Counted from the first letter of the stretch, positions 9,712 through 21,808 are shown. The stretch: DNA of 32,436 bases from Octopus bimaculoides (GCF_001194135.2 NC_068988.1:92608236-92640671); one strand, 5' to 3'. Program-made: numbers and translations. The notes: a model not told the origin generated them from the letters alone.

Positions 9712-10200
9712 ACTTCTTTTTATCTTTTATCACTTGTTTCAGTCATTAGACTGCGGCCATGCTGAAGCATTGCCTTGTAGAATTTTTAATCGAATGAATC
9801 TGTAGTGACGTCATATGGCGCCAAAGAGGCATAGTCGCCATTGCTGCATCCTTAACCACGCATGCGTTCCCGCTTCTATTCTATGTCTTTACCACGCCAG
9901 ACAGCGAACAAGCAAGACGGTCTAAAACAAGCTCTCATTGAGTGTGGAAGAAGCAAGTTGTCTCTCCAACGATTCATCTCTAGGGACAGTACATCTACAT
10001 TCAGGCTACTCAGAAACCGGACAATTGGAAGCTGTATATTTTCCACCATAAATAAATATTGTTGTTGTTGATCAGTTTGGAGTTCTGCGTTCCGTTCACT
10101 TCTAATTTAATATAGGAAAGTCAGGTGTACATCTAATGATGTATAACCCACTTTCCTAAAAATCGACCCTAGTACTTATTCTATCGTTCACTCTTGGCGG
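9712..10200 (-). mobile_element. SINE family B 3' part, split by a solo LTR (halves 9712-9800 and 10161-10200)
   Basis: ...TTAATCGAATGAATC | AATCGACCCTAGTACTTATTCTATCG rejoins into the family B tail once 9801-10164 is removed. Confidence 0.82.
9801..10160. mobile_element. Solo LTR (360 bp, Gypsy-like), 4-bp TSD AATC
   Basis: Starts TGTAG and ends CTAAA (one change from CTACA). Flanked by AATC at 9797-9800 and 10161-10164, contains an AATAAA, and cleanly interrupts a SINE. Confidence 0.8.
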
Positions 10201-10811
10201 GAAAAGCTTTCCAAACGACACTAAGTGTTAAAGAGTTCCTGGAAGTCACAGACCAGGTGAAACAACTCGCTTCGGAATTACCGAGACTGGTAGATACCAA
10301 TATTTCACCATTATCGTGGTTTATCAATACGATGTACTCAGATCATATCGGAATGAAGTGAATCTCTGGTCTACGACTATTTGCAGATGTGCTGCGGCGT
10401 AGAGGTGTGAAAGAAAATTAAATAACGAATTGAAAGAAGTTCTAGTAATCTAAACATTATCGGTCGCATATACATAGTGTATATATTTTGTTTATACGCC
10501 AAATTTGTTGCGGGATAAAGTCCAGGTGAGAAAGCTCCCCAAACGACACCGGGTGTTAAAGAACACCTGAATGTCACAGATCAGGCGAGTACATGGTACT
10601 GACAAGCCACAATAATGGCAAAATATCGGTATCTACCACACTTACCATCTTCGGTGATTCCGTGGCGAATTGTCTCGCCTAGTCTGGCATTCTCCGGACG
10701 CTATACCACAGTAAAATTTGGCGTATTAACAAAAAACACACACTATGTATGTGCAACCGATAATATATCTATCTACCTATCTATCTATATACATATTGTA
10801 TTACAAAGTAC

Positions 10812-10813
<2 letters not shown>

Positions 10814-10860
<47 letters not shown>
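10814..10860. repeat. (GA)n microsatellite
   Basis: Direct reading of the sequence. Confidence 0.95.
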
Positions 10861-10863
<3 letters not shown>

Positions 10864-11110
10864 TCAGTATGTGAAGTGGATGCAGCTTCGAAACGTTAAA
10901 GACATTCCACCTCTTCTTTCTCCAATTCCTGAGCATCAACCAAGTACTTTTTTTTACCTTGTCTTTGTACTTTATTTTTGCACCACACATACATATACAT
11001 ACATATATATATATATTTATCTGTAAAAATATGTGACACTTATTCGATAGCCAAGATAAATTCTTTTTCACAGGAATTTTCAATAGCCGGATAACTGAAG
11101 AGATGTTGGC

Positions 11111-11586
11111 NNNNNNNNNNNNNNNNNNNNNNNNNNNNNNNNNNNNNNNNNNNNNNNNNNNNNNNNNNNNNNNNNNNNNNNNNNNNNNNNNNNNNNNNNN
11201 NNNNNNNNNNNNNNNNNNNNNNNNNNNNNNNNNNNNNNNNNNNNNNNNNNNNNNNNNNNNNNNNNNNNNNNNNNNNNNNNNNNNNNNNNNNNNNNNNNNN
11301 NNNNNNNNNNNNNNNNNNNNNNNNNNNNNNNNNNNNNNNNNNNNNNNNNNNNNNNNNNNNNNNNNNNNNNNNNNNNNNNNNNNNNNNNNNNNNNNNNNNN
11401 NNNNNNNNNNNNNNNNNNNNNNNNNNNNNNNNNNNNNNNNNNNNNNNNNNNNNNNNNNNNNNNNNNNNNNNNNNNNNNNNNNNNNNNNNNNNNNNNNNNN
11501 NNNNNNNNNNNNNNNNNNNNNNNNNNNNNNNNNNNNNNNNNNNNNNNNNNNNNNNNNNNNNNNNNNNNNNNNNNNNNNNNNNNNNN
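11111..11586. other. Assembly gap (N run). Other gaps: 14973-14982, 15772-16227, 17835-17923, 22351-23274, 26858-26910, 29797-30519
   Basis: N characters; most gaps abut microsatellites or low-complexity tracts. Confidence 0.99.
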
Positions 11587-11642
<56 letters not shown>

Positions 11643-11945
11643 GTGTGTACATATACATATTTTTTTATTTATGTGTTTCAGCCAAGTGGCTGCGGTCATG
11701 CTGGTGCACCACCGTGAGATATATATATATATTATTTATATTATTATATACATATATACATACACTGTGTGTATGAGTGAAAATTAAAAGTTAAAAGCGC
11801 ATTTTCAGAAACTAGGATTTGACGTCATCAGTTTTTATTTGTTTATTCTTTTTTTCTGTTTTGTTTTGTGTTGTTTGTTAGTTATAATTTTTTTATATAT
11901 AAATTCGTACGTCATCTTACTTCCTAGATAACTGCACCGATCCGC

Positions 11946-11980
11946 TTCTTGTTCTTGTTCTTCTTGTTCTTCTTCTTCTT

Positions 11981-12028
<48 letters not shown>

Positions 12029-12135
12029 ACACATGTGCGTGCATACATATACATGTATGCTGACGTTATAACAATTTAGGAACTTCGAGGACGTGAAATA
12101 ATTCTCGAAGCAGATATTTAAAAATGGTTAGAAAG

Positions 12136-12208
<73 letters not shown>
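11946..12208. repeat. (TTCTTG)/(TTC)/(CTA)n tract and (CA)n tract at 12137-12208
   Basis: Direct reading of the sequence. Confidence 0.9.
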
Positions 12209-12210
<2 letters not shown>

Positions 12211-12659
12211 ATTGATTGGCGGAGACGTTCAATTCAAAATCATAAGTTTCCTTCTGGCTTTGATCTCGGTGTATGACAAGTGCAGTACTATGTGGTCATT
12301 GGTCACCTCTCGTTATTTAACGGTTCAAAATTCACCCTGCCCAATCATTTATATTACTTCATCAAGATAGTTTCCTCTTACATACCCTCTCTCTCTCTTT
12401 CTCTCATTCTCTGTTTGTGTCTAACATTTTTGTTGAGCGACTGAGGTCGTTCACCCTGCTTTCCATTTGTACATCAATATTCTTACATCTGACTAATTCT
12501 ACAGTTTTACTTTTTGAAGTTAATAATATAAGTATCAGACACAGTCGTAGTATCGTTAAGATCTAAAAATACGCCATTAAATGCGTTGCCCCACCATGAC
12601 CACAGTCCAACAATAAATGCCTACATATGAGCCTGCATATGTACAATATGGACCCCTTA

Positions 12660-12760
12660 TCTATGTATGTATGTATGTATGTATGTACGTACGTATGTAT
12701 GTATGTATGTATGTATCTATCTATCAATCTGTCTGTCTGTCTGTCTGTCTGTCTCTGTCA

Positions 12761-12811
<51 letters not shown>
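12660..12811. repeat. Compound microsatellite (TATG)n-(TCTA)-(TCTG)n-(TC)n-(TCTA)n
   Basis: Direct reading of the sequence. Confidence 0.95.
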
Positions 12812-12813
<2 letters not shown>

Positions 12814-14175
12814 ATACAATAATATTAACGATTTCTTTTACAACAATCAGTAATAATATAATTACACTATAACAATACCCTCTATGTCAGTTCTCAGTAT
12901 AACAGTATTACATTAACATAACATAGTATAATCTAATGTAAACCTAGTATTACACAATTATAACCCAACATTATACTCTCGAGTATACAACTCGGAAGTC
13001 CCGTGTTAATAATATTCTTATAAGCCAGTATTACTATAGTATAATATAACGTGTTTTAACCAGTATAAATCACATATATAACTAATACAGAAATGAAATA
13101 TAAATCCTGTATTATCGTACAACATCCCTCAGCTCTATAATGAATCAAGCTACACTCACTCTTTGTTCTCGACTCATGCACACACACACCGTATCACCAA
13201 TTTCCCTATTTTTTCCCCTGTATTTTATGGTTTTCTTTTCATTTTCTCATCTCCACCAACTTCCTAGTCACCTTTTGCTTTATCTTTTTTTTTAATATAT
13301 TACAACCATCAGCATCACCACCATCATTAATAGCAGCACCTTCCTCACCGACTAACCTCCCCTTTCGCCTCGCTATTTCTCTTCCTCATCTCTCTCTAAT
13401 TCCTCCTTTTATATTCACATTTCCCTCTCTATTTGGCCTTTTTTTAAATCGGGTTTTTACACCGCTCTTCTGTTGATATTACACCCTCCCGACGGTAACT
13501 CTATTATCCCTCCCTTCTACCCTCTCAATATTCACTCTAATCTTTCTCTCTCTCTCTCTTCTCTGCAACATATTTAACCTAATCGTTTTACGGAGGGAAG
13601 TGAGGTCGTTCTCCTATTCCCACTATCTTAATCTTCTTACCTCTGCCTATTCCTATTACTTTACTCTCTTCTCTCGTTCTCTCCTTCTTTTCCACCCTCG
13701 CTTTCTCCTTACCCCACCCCTTTACCAATTGTCTACGCTCTTCTGTTATTCAAACACACCCGCACATAGTCGACTATTCGCTCTCAGTTTATGTTCCGGT
13801 ATAATTTTTCTTCCGTTTCACTCTTCTTTCTTCTCTCTCTCTATCTTACCCTTTCTTCTTCACCCTCCACTTTAAACTCCCTCCACTGCTTGACTAATTT
13901 TCTCTGTTTCTAGCTATACTCTTTTCCTTACCTCCAACTACTACTCTTTATCTGTTCATCTTCCTCCCTATTATAGTCACTACCTTCTCCTCTTGCCTCC
14001 GCCCTACACTTTTCTCTTAATCCCGTTCTTTCCCCTACCTTGTCCGCACTCGTTTATTAACATCCGGGCATTCACCATTTCATTCTCTCTAACCTACTTT
14101 CGTCTTTACAGCATTCTTCATTTTTTTCCTTCTTTTTTTTTCTACTTCTTCAATATATTCTTTCCACAGAAAGCT

Positions 14176-14249
14176 GCACACACACACACACGCACACACA
14201 CACACACACGTACACATACGCACGCACACACGCCCAGACATATGTGTGC

Positions 14250-14336
<87 letters not shown>

Positions 14337-15212
14337 TACATATATAAATATATATGCATATATATTATATGTATATATATATATATATATAAACATATAT
14401 ATAAACATACATATACACATTTATATATATAAACATACATATACACATATTTATATACATATTTATATATATAAACATACATATACACATATTTATATAT
14501 ACATGCACATGAACACATATATGCATATACATATGCAATATATAAACGCATATATATATATATATATGTGCGTATGTATATATAAGCAAGGTATATATAT
14601 TTTATGTATTTATACATATATGAATATATGTGTGTGTGCGACTACAACGTAATACAGAGGGGGAGGGAGGTTGTTATTTTTCAACCATGTGGATCGCCGT
14701 TCTATCTACCGAGCACTCCCCCGCCACATAACAGCATTTATCTCCCACCCACCTCTTTCACCTCACTCCTACACTAATCTTTGCTTAGTCCTTCTCTCTC
14801 GGCCTCGCCTCACCCCGCTACTTTTACTATCCTCTCACTCCGGCTCTTACAAGAATTTCATCACTCCCGTTTAGTCTAAGCTCCATAACATTCAGAGAAT
14901 ACACGCACAAAATGTATATATATATATATATATATATATATCTGTGTGCGTGTGTGCATCTGCGCGCGCACANNNNNNNNNNTGCGCGCGCACATACGCT
15001 TACACCGATATATATATATATATATGTGTATATATGTGTGGATTTATGTATATATATATATATATATATACAATATAGCTATGTTGTATGTAACAGTATT
15101 AATGTATCTAATACATATCTTTATCTAGATATATTTACATACACATGTATCCGTATATACCTATCGATATACATTAACAAACACACACGTGTACATATGT
15201 ACATACACACAA

Positions 15213-15255
<43 letters not shown>

Positions 15256-15380
15256 TGTATATAATTGTGTGTTTATATATAGATATATACGTGTATGTTT
15301 GTGTCGCTTCCTCCTGTTTTACGCGTACATATATTTGTATGCATATATATATATATGTGCGTATGTACGCTTTAATTTTG
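14176..15380. repeat. Extended (CA)n/(TA)n/(TACA)n low-complexity region
   Basis: Direct reading; this region is the source of the YIYIYI and HTHT pseudo-ORFs. Confidence 0.9.
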
Positions 15381-16662
15381 TATCCCCTCTCTCTCTCTCT
15401 CTCTCTCTCTATTCTTCTACTCCGTCTTTCTCACTCCCCCTCATTACTAACCAGCTGGTTTAACTCCACTCCCGTCTCTTCCTCTTTCATACGCTTTTGT
15501 CGAGCCATTCTTTCCTCTCTTTCTTTCTTTCTCTTTCTCATTCTCTCACTCACCCCCTATTCATTCTCACTCGCTCTGAACCATTTCTCTTTCTTTTCTC
15601 TTTCCCTCCCACTACTACTACTACGGCTTCTACGTTTCATTATTCTTCCCTCAACCACTCTAACTCCACTCAGCTATACACTCCCCTCCCCTCCCCTCCC
15701 CCGTTTCCTCCGACTGCTTACTAATCGCTGTGCTAGATTTCACTCGCCCCGCCGTCTCCCATCTACAACACNNNNNNNNNNNNNNNNNNNNNNNNNNNNN
15801 NNNNNNNNNNNNNNNNNNNNNNNNNNNNNNNNNNNNNNNNNNNNNNNNNNNNNNNNNNNNNNNNNNNNNNNNNNNNNNNNNNNNNNNNNNNNNNNNNNNN
15901 NNNNNNNNNNNNNNNNNNNNNNNNNNNNNNNNNNNNNNNNNNNNNNNNNNNNNNNNNNNNNNNNNNNNNNNNNNNNNNNNNNNNNNNNNNNNNNNNNNNN
16001 NNNNNNNNNNNNNNNNNNNNNNNNNNNNNNNNNNNNNNNNNNNNNNNNNNNNNNNNNNNNNNNNNNNNNNNNNNNNNNNNNNNNNNNNNNNNNNNNNNNN
16101 NNNNNNNNNNNNNNNNNNNNNNNNNNNNNNNNNNNNNNNNNNNNNNNNNNNNNNNNNNNNNNNNNNNNNNNNNNNNNNNNNNNNNNNNNNNNNNNNNNNN
16201 NNNNNNNNNNNNNNNNNNNNNNNNNNNCCACCATCAGTACCACCACCACCACCGCAAGTAGAACCCATTCCCACTATCACCCTCCCCTTGCACGATACAC
16301 TCTCAATCCCCAGCACCGCCATAACACTACTGCTTCCTTGTTTCTCCTCCTACCAGCCCGTTACCTCTCCTACCCTGATCATACCACAACCACGACGACT
16401 ACCAGAATGTTCACCACGACTGCTACCACTGCACTTGTGCTACTCCTACTCCTACTCCTACAGACTTTCCAGCTATTTGTTTACCAATTTTTGTATTTAT
16501 TTCGCGCGCTATTTTGCTCTCTCTTTCCTTCACCTCTCTCTTTCTCTCTTTCTTTCTTTCTCACTTTTTCTCATACACACACACAGACATACCCAAGCAC
16601 ACACACCATACGCACATACTGTATACACGGATAAACGCATGCATGTGTATATATGTATGCAC

Positions 16663-16703
<41 letters not shown>

Positions 16704-16846
16704 CTTATGCATATGAATAATAACTATATGCTGGCATATATATATAGGGTGTATATATACATGTGTGTGTACATACAGACATACATACATACATGTAACG
16801 TATATATATTCAGAAATATAAAATTTGTGTGTATGTGTGTGCGCGC

Positions 16847-16897
<51 letters not shown>

Positions 16898-17193
16898 CAC
16901 GCGCGCACACATACACACGTACACCCATAGAAATGTATTGCCACAAACTTCCCTGCGCGCTTGTTTTCACTCCTAAGACTGTTAGTTACTAACTTTTTCT
17001 TATACTTATTCTGTTATTCTTCCATTCCGTTATTCCACTCTTTCCTGTCATCGATCTGCAGTAATCTACCTGATGATAGCAGAATGGGAGGTAGCGCGTC
17101 ACGCTCTCTCAGTATCTAAGTTCTCTGTACTTTACACCCGTTTCACTCACCAATTTCTTCATCCAAATTATTTTATCAGTCACACACCAGGAC

Positions 17194-17229
<36 letters not shown>

Positions 17230-17554
17230 GCGTGCACGTGACAGTGCTTTCAGTTACTCATTCGCAAAATACCACACAAACATATATATAATATATCCAT
17301 ACACTCACATGGATTTTACGTACACACACAGCCATTGTCTTAGGTGAACATGAACAAATACACACAAAAATACAAATTTATGGAGACACTCTTTGATGTT
17401 GCCTGAAAAATCGAGCGTAACGAGAAACTCTGAGTAGCGATTGACTGAATCATCAACTTCGATCGAATGCGTGTGCGTGTAAGTACGCGCGCGCGCGTGT
17501 TAATAGCAGATATTGATAAATGATGTTTAGCAAAGCATTACAATGATTGTGAGT

Positions 17555-18030
17555 GGAGGCGCAATGGCCCAGTGGTTAGGGCAGTGGACTCGCGGTCATA
17601 GGATCGCGGTTTCGATTTCCAGATCGGGCGTTGTGGTTGTTTATTGAGCGAAAACACCTAAAGCTCCACAAGGCTTCGGCAGGGGATGGTGGCGAACCCT
17701 GCTGTACTCTTTCACCATAACTTTCTCTCACTCTTACTTCCTGTTTCTGTTGTGCCTGTAATTCAAAGGGTCAGCTTTGTGACACACTGTGTCACGCTGA
17801 ATCTTCCCCGAGAACTACGTTAAGGGTACACGTGNNNNNNNNNNNNNNNNNNNNNNNNNNNNNNNNNNNNNNNNNNNNNNNNNNNNNNNNNNNNNNNNNN
17901 NNNNNNNNNNNNNNNNNNNNNNNCTGTGGAGTGCTCAGCCACTTGCACGTTAATTTCACGAGCAGGCTGTTCCGTTGATCGGTTCAACTGGAACCCTCGA
18001 CGTCGTAAGCGACGGAGTGCCAACAACAAC
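17555..18030 (+). mobile_element. SINE family C, full length, tRNA-derived, (AAC)n tail, TSD about ACAATGATTGT
   Basis: A box TGGCCCAGTGG, B box GGTTTCGATTTCC, tail GGAGTGCCAACAACAAC; TSD at 17540-17550 and 18029-18039; internal N gap. Confidence 0.93.
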
Positions 18031-18105
18031 AATGATTGTAAGCTTAAACAGAAAGAATGAGAAAATTTGCAGGGGAATGTTTTACAATAAATACTAAAAT
18101 AGGGA

Positions 18106-18155
<50 letters not shown>

Positions 18156-18508
18156 TCTCTCTCTCCCCCTTTCTCTCTTTCATACATATCATTTCAATCC
18201 TTATTCTGCTACCAGTTTCAGTCATTGGACTGTGGCCATCCTGGGGCAGTGCTTTCAAGGGTTTTAGTTAAGTCCATTATAACCCCATTTTATCGATCTT
18301 GTTTTACCGAACAAGATCTTGTTTTATCGATCTTGTTTTTTGTACCTTGTTTATCATTTTGTCCATGTTTTTTTGCATCGTCATGTACCCAGATATGTAT
18401 CTATATGTACATGTAGATGAAGGTATGTACGTACATGTACATATACATGCATATACTCATATATTGTTTATTTATATATATATATATAAAATATATATAT
18501 GTTTATGT

Positions 18509-18556
<48 letters not shown>

Positions 18557-19291
18557 ACTCACAATGAAGATACCTAAACCTCTTATAGGGATATTTTTTA
18601 TCCAAGATACACTGGTTTCATATATTATATTTCGAAGAAATATTTCTTCAATGAACATATTATATAGATATCGTACAATATCAAATATTGTTATCGAGTT
18701 AGAAAACAGAGAGAATGGATACAAATTAAATTATTAATTAATTAACATATTCACCTACAGTTGTTTCCTTTCATAACCAAAATTAAAACGACAGAACATA
18801 TATAAATATATAATACGTTGGATGGAAAATCGACAGGGTTAACAAAGGACAGTACAAAGATTACATTATGATCCGTTATTCAGAATATATAGTACTGTCT
18901 ATTATGTGTATGTATATGTATGTGTACGCGTGCGTTAAAATTATTACGCATGCTTAAGTCTGACTGAGGAGGAAGTTCAAACAATGATGGTACAATAACA
19001 CTTCCTGTTTTAGGTACATCGGAAAGAGAAGTATGACTTAATTCTCTGACAATTGGTGATTGAGAAGAAAAAAAAGTTTCAATTACGACATCAACTAGAA
19101 GATTATTCAAGAATAAAAGTAAAGGATATGATCTTTGAAGAGCTGTTTTTGAAGAACAGTTCAGAAATCCTTAATAGGATCTGTGAACTGTTCTTCAAAA
19201 ATACAAGTTCCTTATATATGCCTACTTTAAACCAATATTTAATCATAGTAGGCATATATGTATGTTTGGATATGTGTATGTCTCTGAGAGG

Positions 19292-19676
19292 GGAGGCGCA
19301 ATGGCCCAGTAGTTAGGGCAGCGGACTCGCGGTCATAGGATCGCGGTTTCGATTCCCAGACCGGGCGTTGTGAGTGTTTATTGAGCGAAAATACCTAAAG
19401 CTCCACGAGGCTTCGGCAGATGATGGTGGTGAACCCTGCTGTACTCTTCCACCATAACTTTCTCTCACTCTTACTTCCAGCCTCTGTTGTGCCTGTAATT
19501 CAAAGGGTCAGCCTTGTCACACTGTGTCACGCTGAATATCCCCGAGAACTACGTTAAGGGTACACGTGTCTGTGGAGTGCTCAGCCACTTGCACGTTAAT
19601 TTCACGAGCAGGCTGTTCCGTTGATCGGATCAACTGGAACCCTCGACGTCGTAAGCGACAGAGTGCCAACAACAAC
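19292..19676 (+). mobile_element. SINE family C, full length, TSD ATGTCTCTGAG
   Basis: Colinear with the 17555 copy; TSD at 19278-19288 and 19678-19688. Confidence 0.95.
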
Positions 19677-20475
19677 AATGTCTCTGAGTGTGTATGGATG
19701 TGTGTATAAATATATATGCGTTTCTATATATGTACATGTACATAATAACATATAAGTATGTTCATGTTTACGTATATGTATGTAAAACATGTATGCAATG
19801 CATGCATGTATATTATGTATGTATGTATGTATGTATGTATGTATGTATGTATGCATGCCTGTATGTATGTATGTGGGCTTGCATGTAAGTGTGTGTGTAT
19901 ATAATAGGTGTTCGGGTATGCATGTACATTCCCTAAAACCCCGAATGATCACTTTATTCTATAAATTTTCTTTTGCCTTCTTCCTAATTCCATTTAACTT
20001 ACCTCCCAAATTTTCCAGTTTTTGTTGGGGGTGAGGTGAGGGATGAGGTGTAAAGCTGGGGATGAACTAAAAAATGTCTTTATCCTTTTAGGTTTAATTC
20101 TGAATGTGATGATAAAAAGGAACAACCATGTTCATACTTCAAAATGTTATGCCTTTATGAACTCCCATAATACTGAAATGGAATCGGATAATTTTTGAGA
20201 ATTATTATTTTTGTTTTTTTAAAGTTATGATTGTAAGTTTTAGGTTTTGGAAAAGAAGTGAATCTGTTGAGCGTCATCTAAAGACATGAGTTTTAAAGTA
20301 ACTATGTGTAACTATTAGCTTGGATTTATATGTATGTATGTGTGTGTGTGTGTGTGTGTGAGCGCGCGCGCTTAATTTTTGTTGAATATATGCAAATTAC
20401 CTGGGCCATAAATGTATTATACTCTTTCTGTATAAGTCTCTATCCTTCGGTTACTCAAGACAAGGTAAGACAATT

Positions 20476-20518
20476 GTCGTGCTGATGACGCCTACTGAGG
20501 CTGAAACACGCGTTCCGA
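20476..20518 (+). ncRNA. Degenerate minimal type I hammerhead ribozyme-like motif, probably a Penelope-like element terminus
   Basis: GUCGUG-CUGAUGA-C-GCCU(ACUG)AGGC-U-GAAAC-ACGC-GUU-CCGA has an intact core, a 4-bp stem II and a palindromic ACGCGU at stem III. An AATAAA lies about 20 nt downstream. The stem II closing pair is mismatched and stem I is bulged. Confidence 0.6.
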
Positions 20519-20725
20519 TTGGCGTCTTATCTTCAGACAATAAACGTGTCCTTTTCCCTAATGGCATACCAACTTTTGAGAATTCTTTTTCTTTAGATTA
20601 TCTCCCCTTCTCATAAGGCGCTGTCTCAGCTACCATTTAGCGATAATGTTACATTCTTAAAATGGCGACGATAATCTTAATAAATCAAAGTTTTATGTTG
20701 TATAGTATCTAGTATTATTTAATTT

Positions 20726-20799
20726 CCACTGCGTGACACCTTGCACATAGCCTCGGGCCTTGTGAGTGAATTTGGTAGACAGAAACCGAAAGAATTCTG

Positions 20800-20875
<76 letters not shown>

Positions 20876-21041
20876 ATGTTTTTGTGTCTGTATTTGTTTC
20901 CCTCACTGCTTGACAACCGGTGTTGGTGGGTGTTTACGTCCCCGTAACAGCGGTTCGACAAAAAGTCGATTCATTGGACTGAAAATTGAAGGCGGTGCCC
21001 CAGCACGTCCGCAGTCAAATGACTGAGATAAGTAAAAGATA
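20726..21041 (+). mobile_element. SINE family B, 5'-truncated, with internal (AT)n(GT)n
   Basis: TAGCCTCGGGCC...TTGTGAGTGAATTTGGTAGAC...TTTACGTCCCCGTAAC...GCAGTCAAATGACTGAGATAAGTAAAAG. Confidence 0.88.
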
Positions 21042-21496
21042 GGAGGTAAAAGGTGTGTTTGCTTATATATGTGTGTATCTGTGTGTCCAGGCGTGCGAGC
21101 ATTTGTGAGCGCGCGCATGCGCTTGTTTATATACAGATATATAGTAGACTCCATCCGTTATCGGACGACGAAAATTCCGTTGCTCGATCAACTGAATTAC
21201 AAACACATTAGATTAGTGACTAAGCGGCGATATGTTTCGCTGTAAATGATCTTTGCAAATCAACGAAGTATTTAGCTCGGGGGATGGAATTTATGTTAAG
21301 AAATGAAAGTGATTTTTGAAAAAGTGGGTATTCTAAAAATAGACAGAGAAGTGCCTTCCATGAAGCCTTCTCAGTGTCACATACTTGTTTAGTTGGTACC
21401 ACGACGAACTCAAGCAGCCACTGAAGCAATGAGCTTCAAGGAAATGTTGACATTCCTCAACTACCTTTCAATTTTTGAACGACTCCCTCTGTGTAA

Positions 21497-21808
21497 AGGC
21501 GTGTAGCTTAGTGGTTAGTATATTCGGCTCACGATTGTTAGATTGTGAGTTCGATTCCCGATCGTGCGTTTTAACTTGAGCAAAACACTTTATTTCTCGT
21601 TACTGTAGTTTACTCAGCCGGCAAATACAAGTTGTACCTGTAATTCAAAAGGGCCAGTCTTGTCACATTCTGTGTCATGCTAAATGAGAACGCGTCAAGG
21701 GTACACGTGTCTGTGGAATGCTCAGTCACTTGCACGTTAATTTCACGAGCAGGTTGTTCCGTTGATCGTACCAGCCGGCACCCTCGGCGTCATAGCCGAC
21801 AGAGAGCC
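21497..21808 (+). mobile_element. SINE family D: tRNA head, CTTGAGCAAAACACTT central block, family C-type 3' half
   Basis: A box TAGCTTAGTGG and B box GAGTTCGATTCC. From GTACCTGTAATTCAAA onward it aligns with family C. Confidence 0.85.

Noticed and set aside
16406-16520. Signal-peptide-like MFTTTATTALVLLLLLLLQTFQLF
   Set aside because: The poly-Leu comes from a (CTACTC)n repeat in low-complexity sequence, and there is no convincing splice donor or domain.
17555-17630. tRNA gene
   Set aside because: The A/B boxes belong to a SINE head that continues into the SINE body; no complete cloverleaf with an acceptor stem is present.
18955-19060. SLTEEEVQTMM (EF-hand-linker-like) followed by TTTTAG|G
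   Set aside because: The implied intron is only 24 nt and all frames stop within about 40 nt.
19053-19316. 87-aa ORF with an ELFLKN/ELFFKN repeat
   Set aside because: The repeat is a by-product of the DNA palindrome, and the ORF ends inside a SINE.
21390-21500. Exon-like stretch (plus strand LVPRRTQAATEAMSFKEMLTFLNY; minus-strand donor AA|GTATGT)
   Set aside because: Strand and frame are ambiguous and no domain was recognised.
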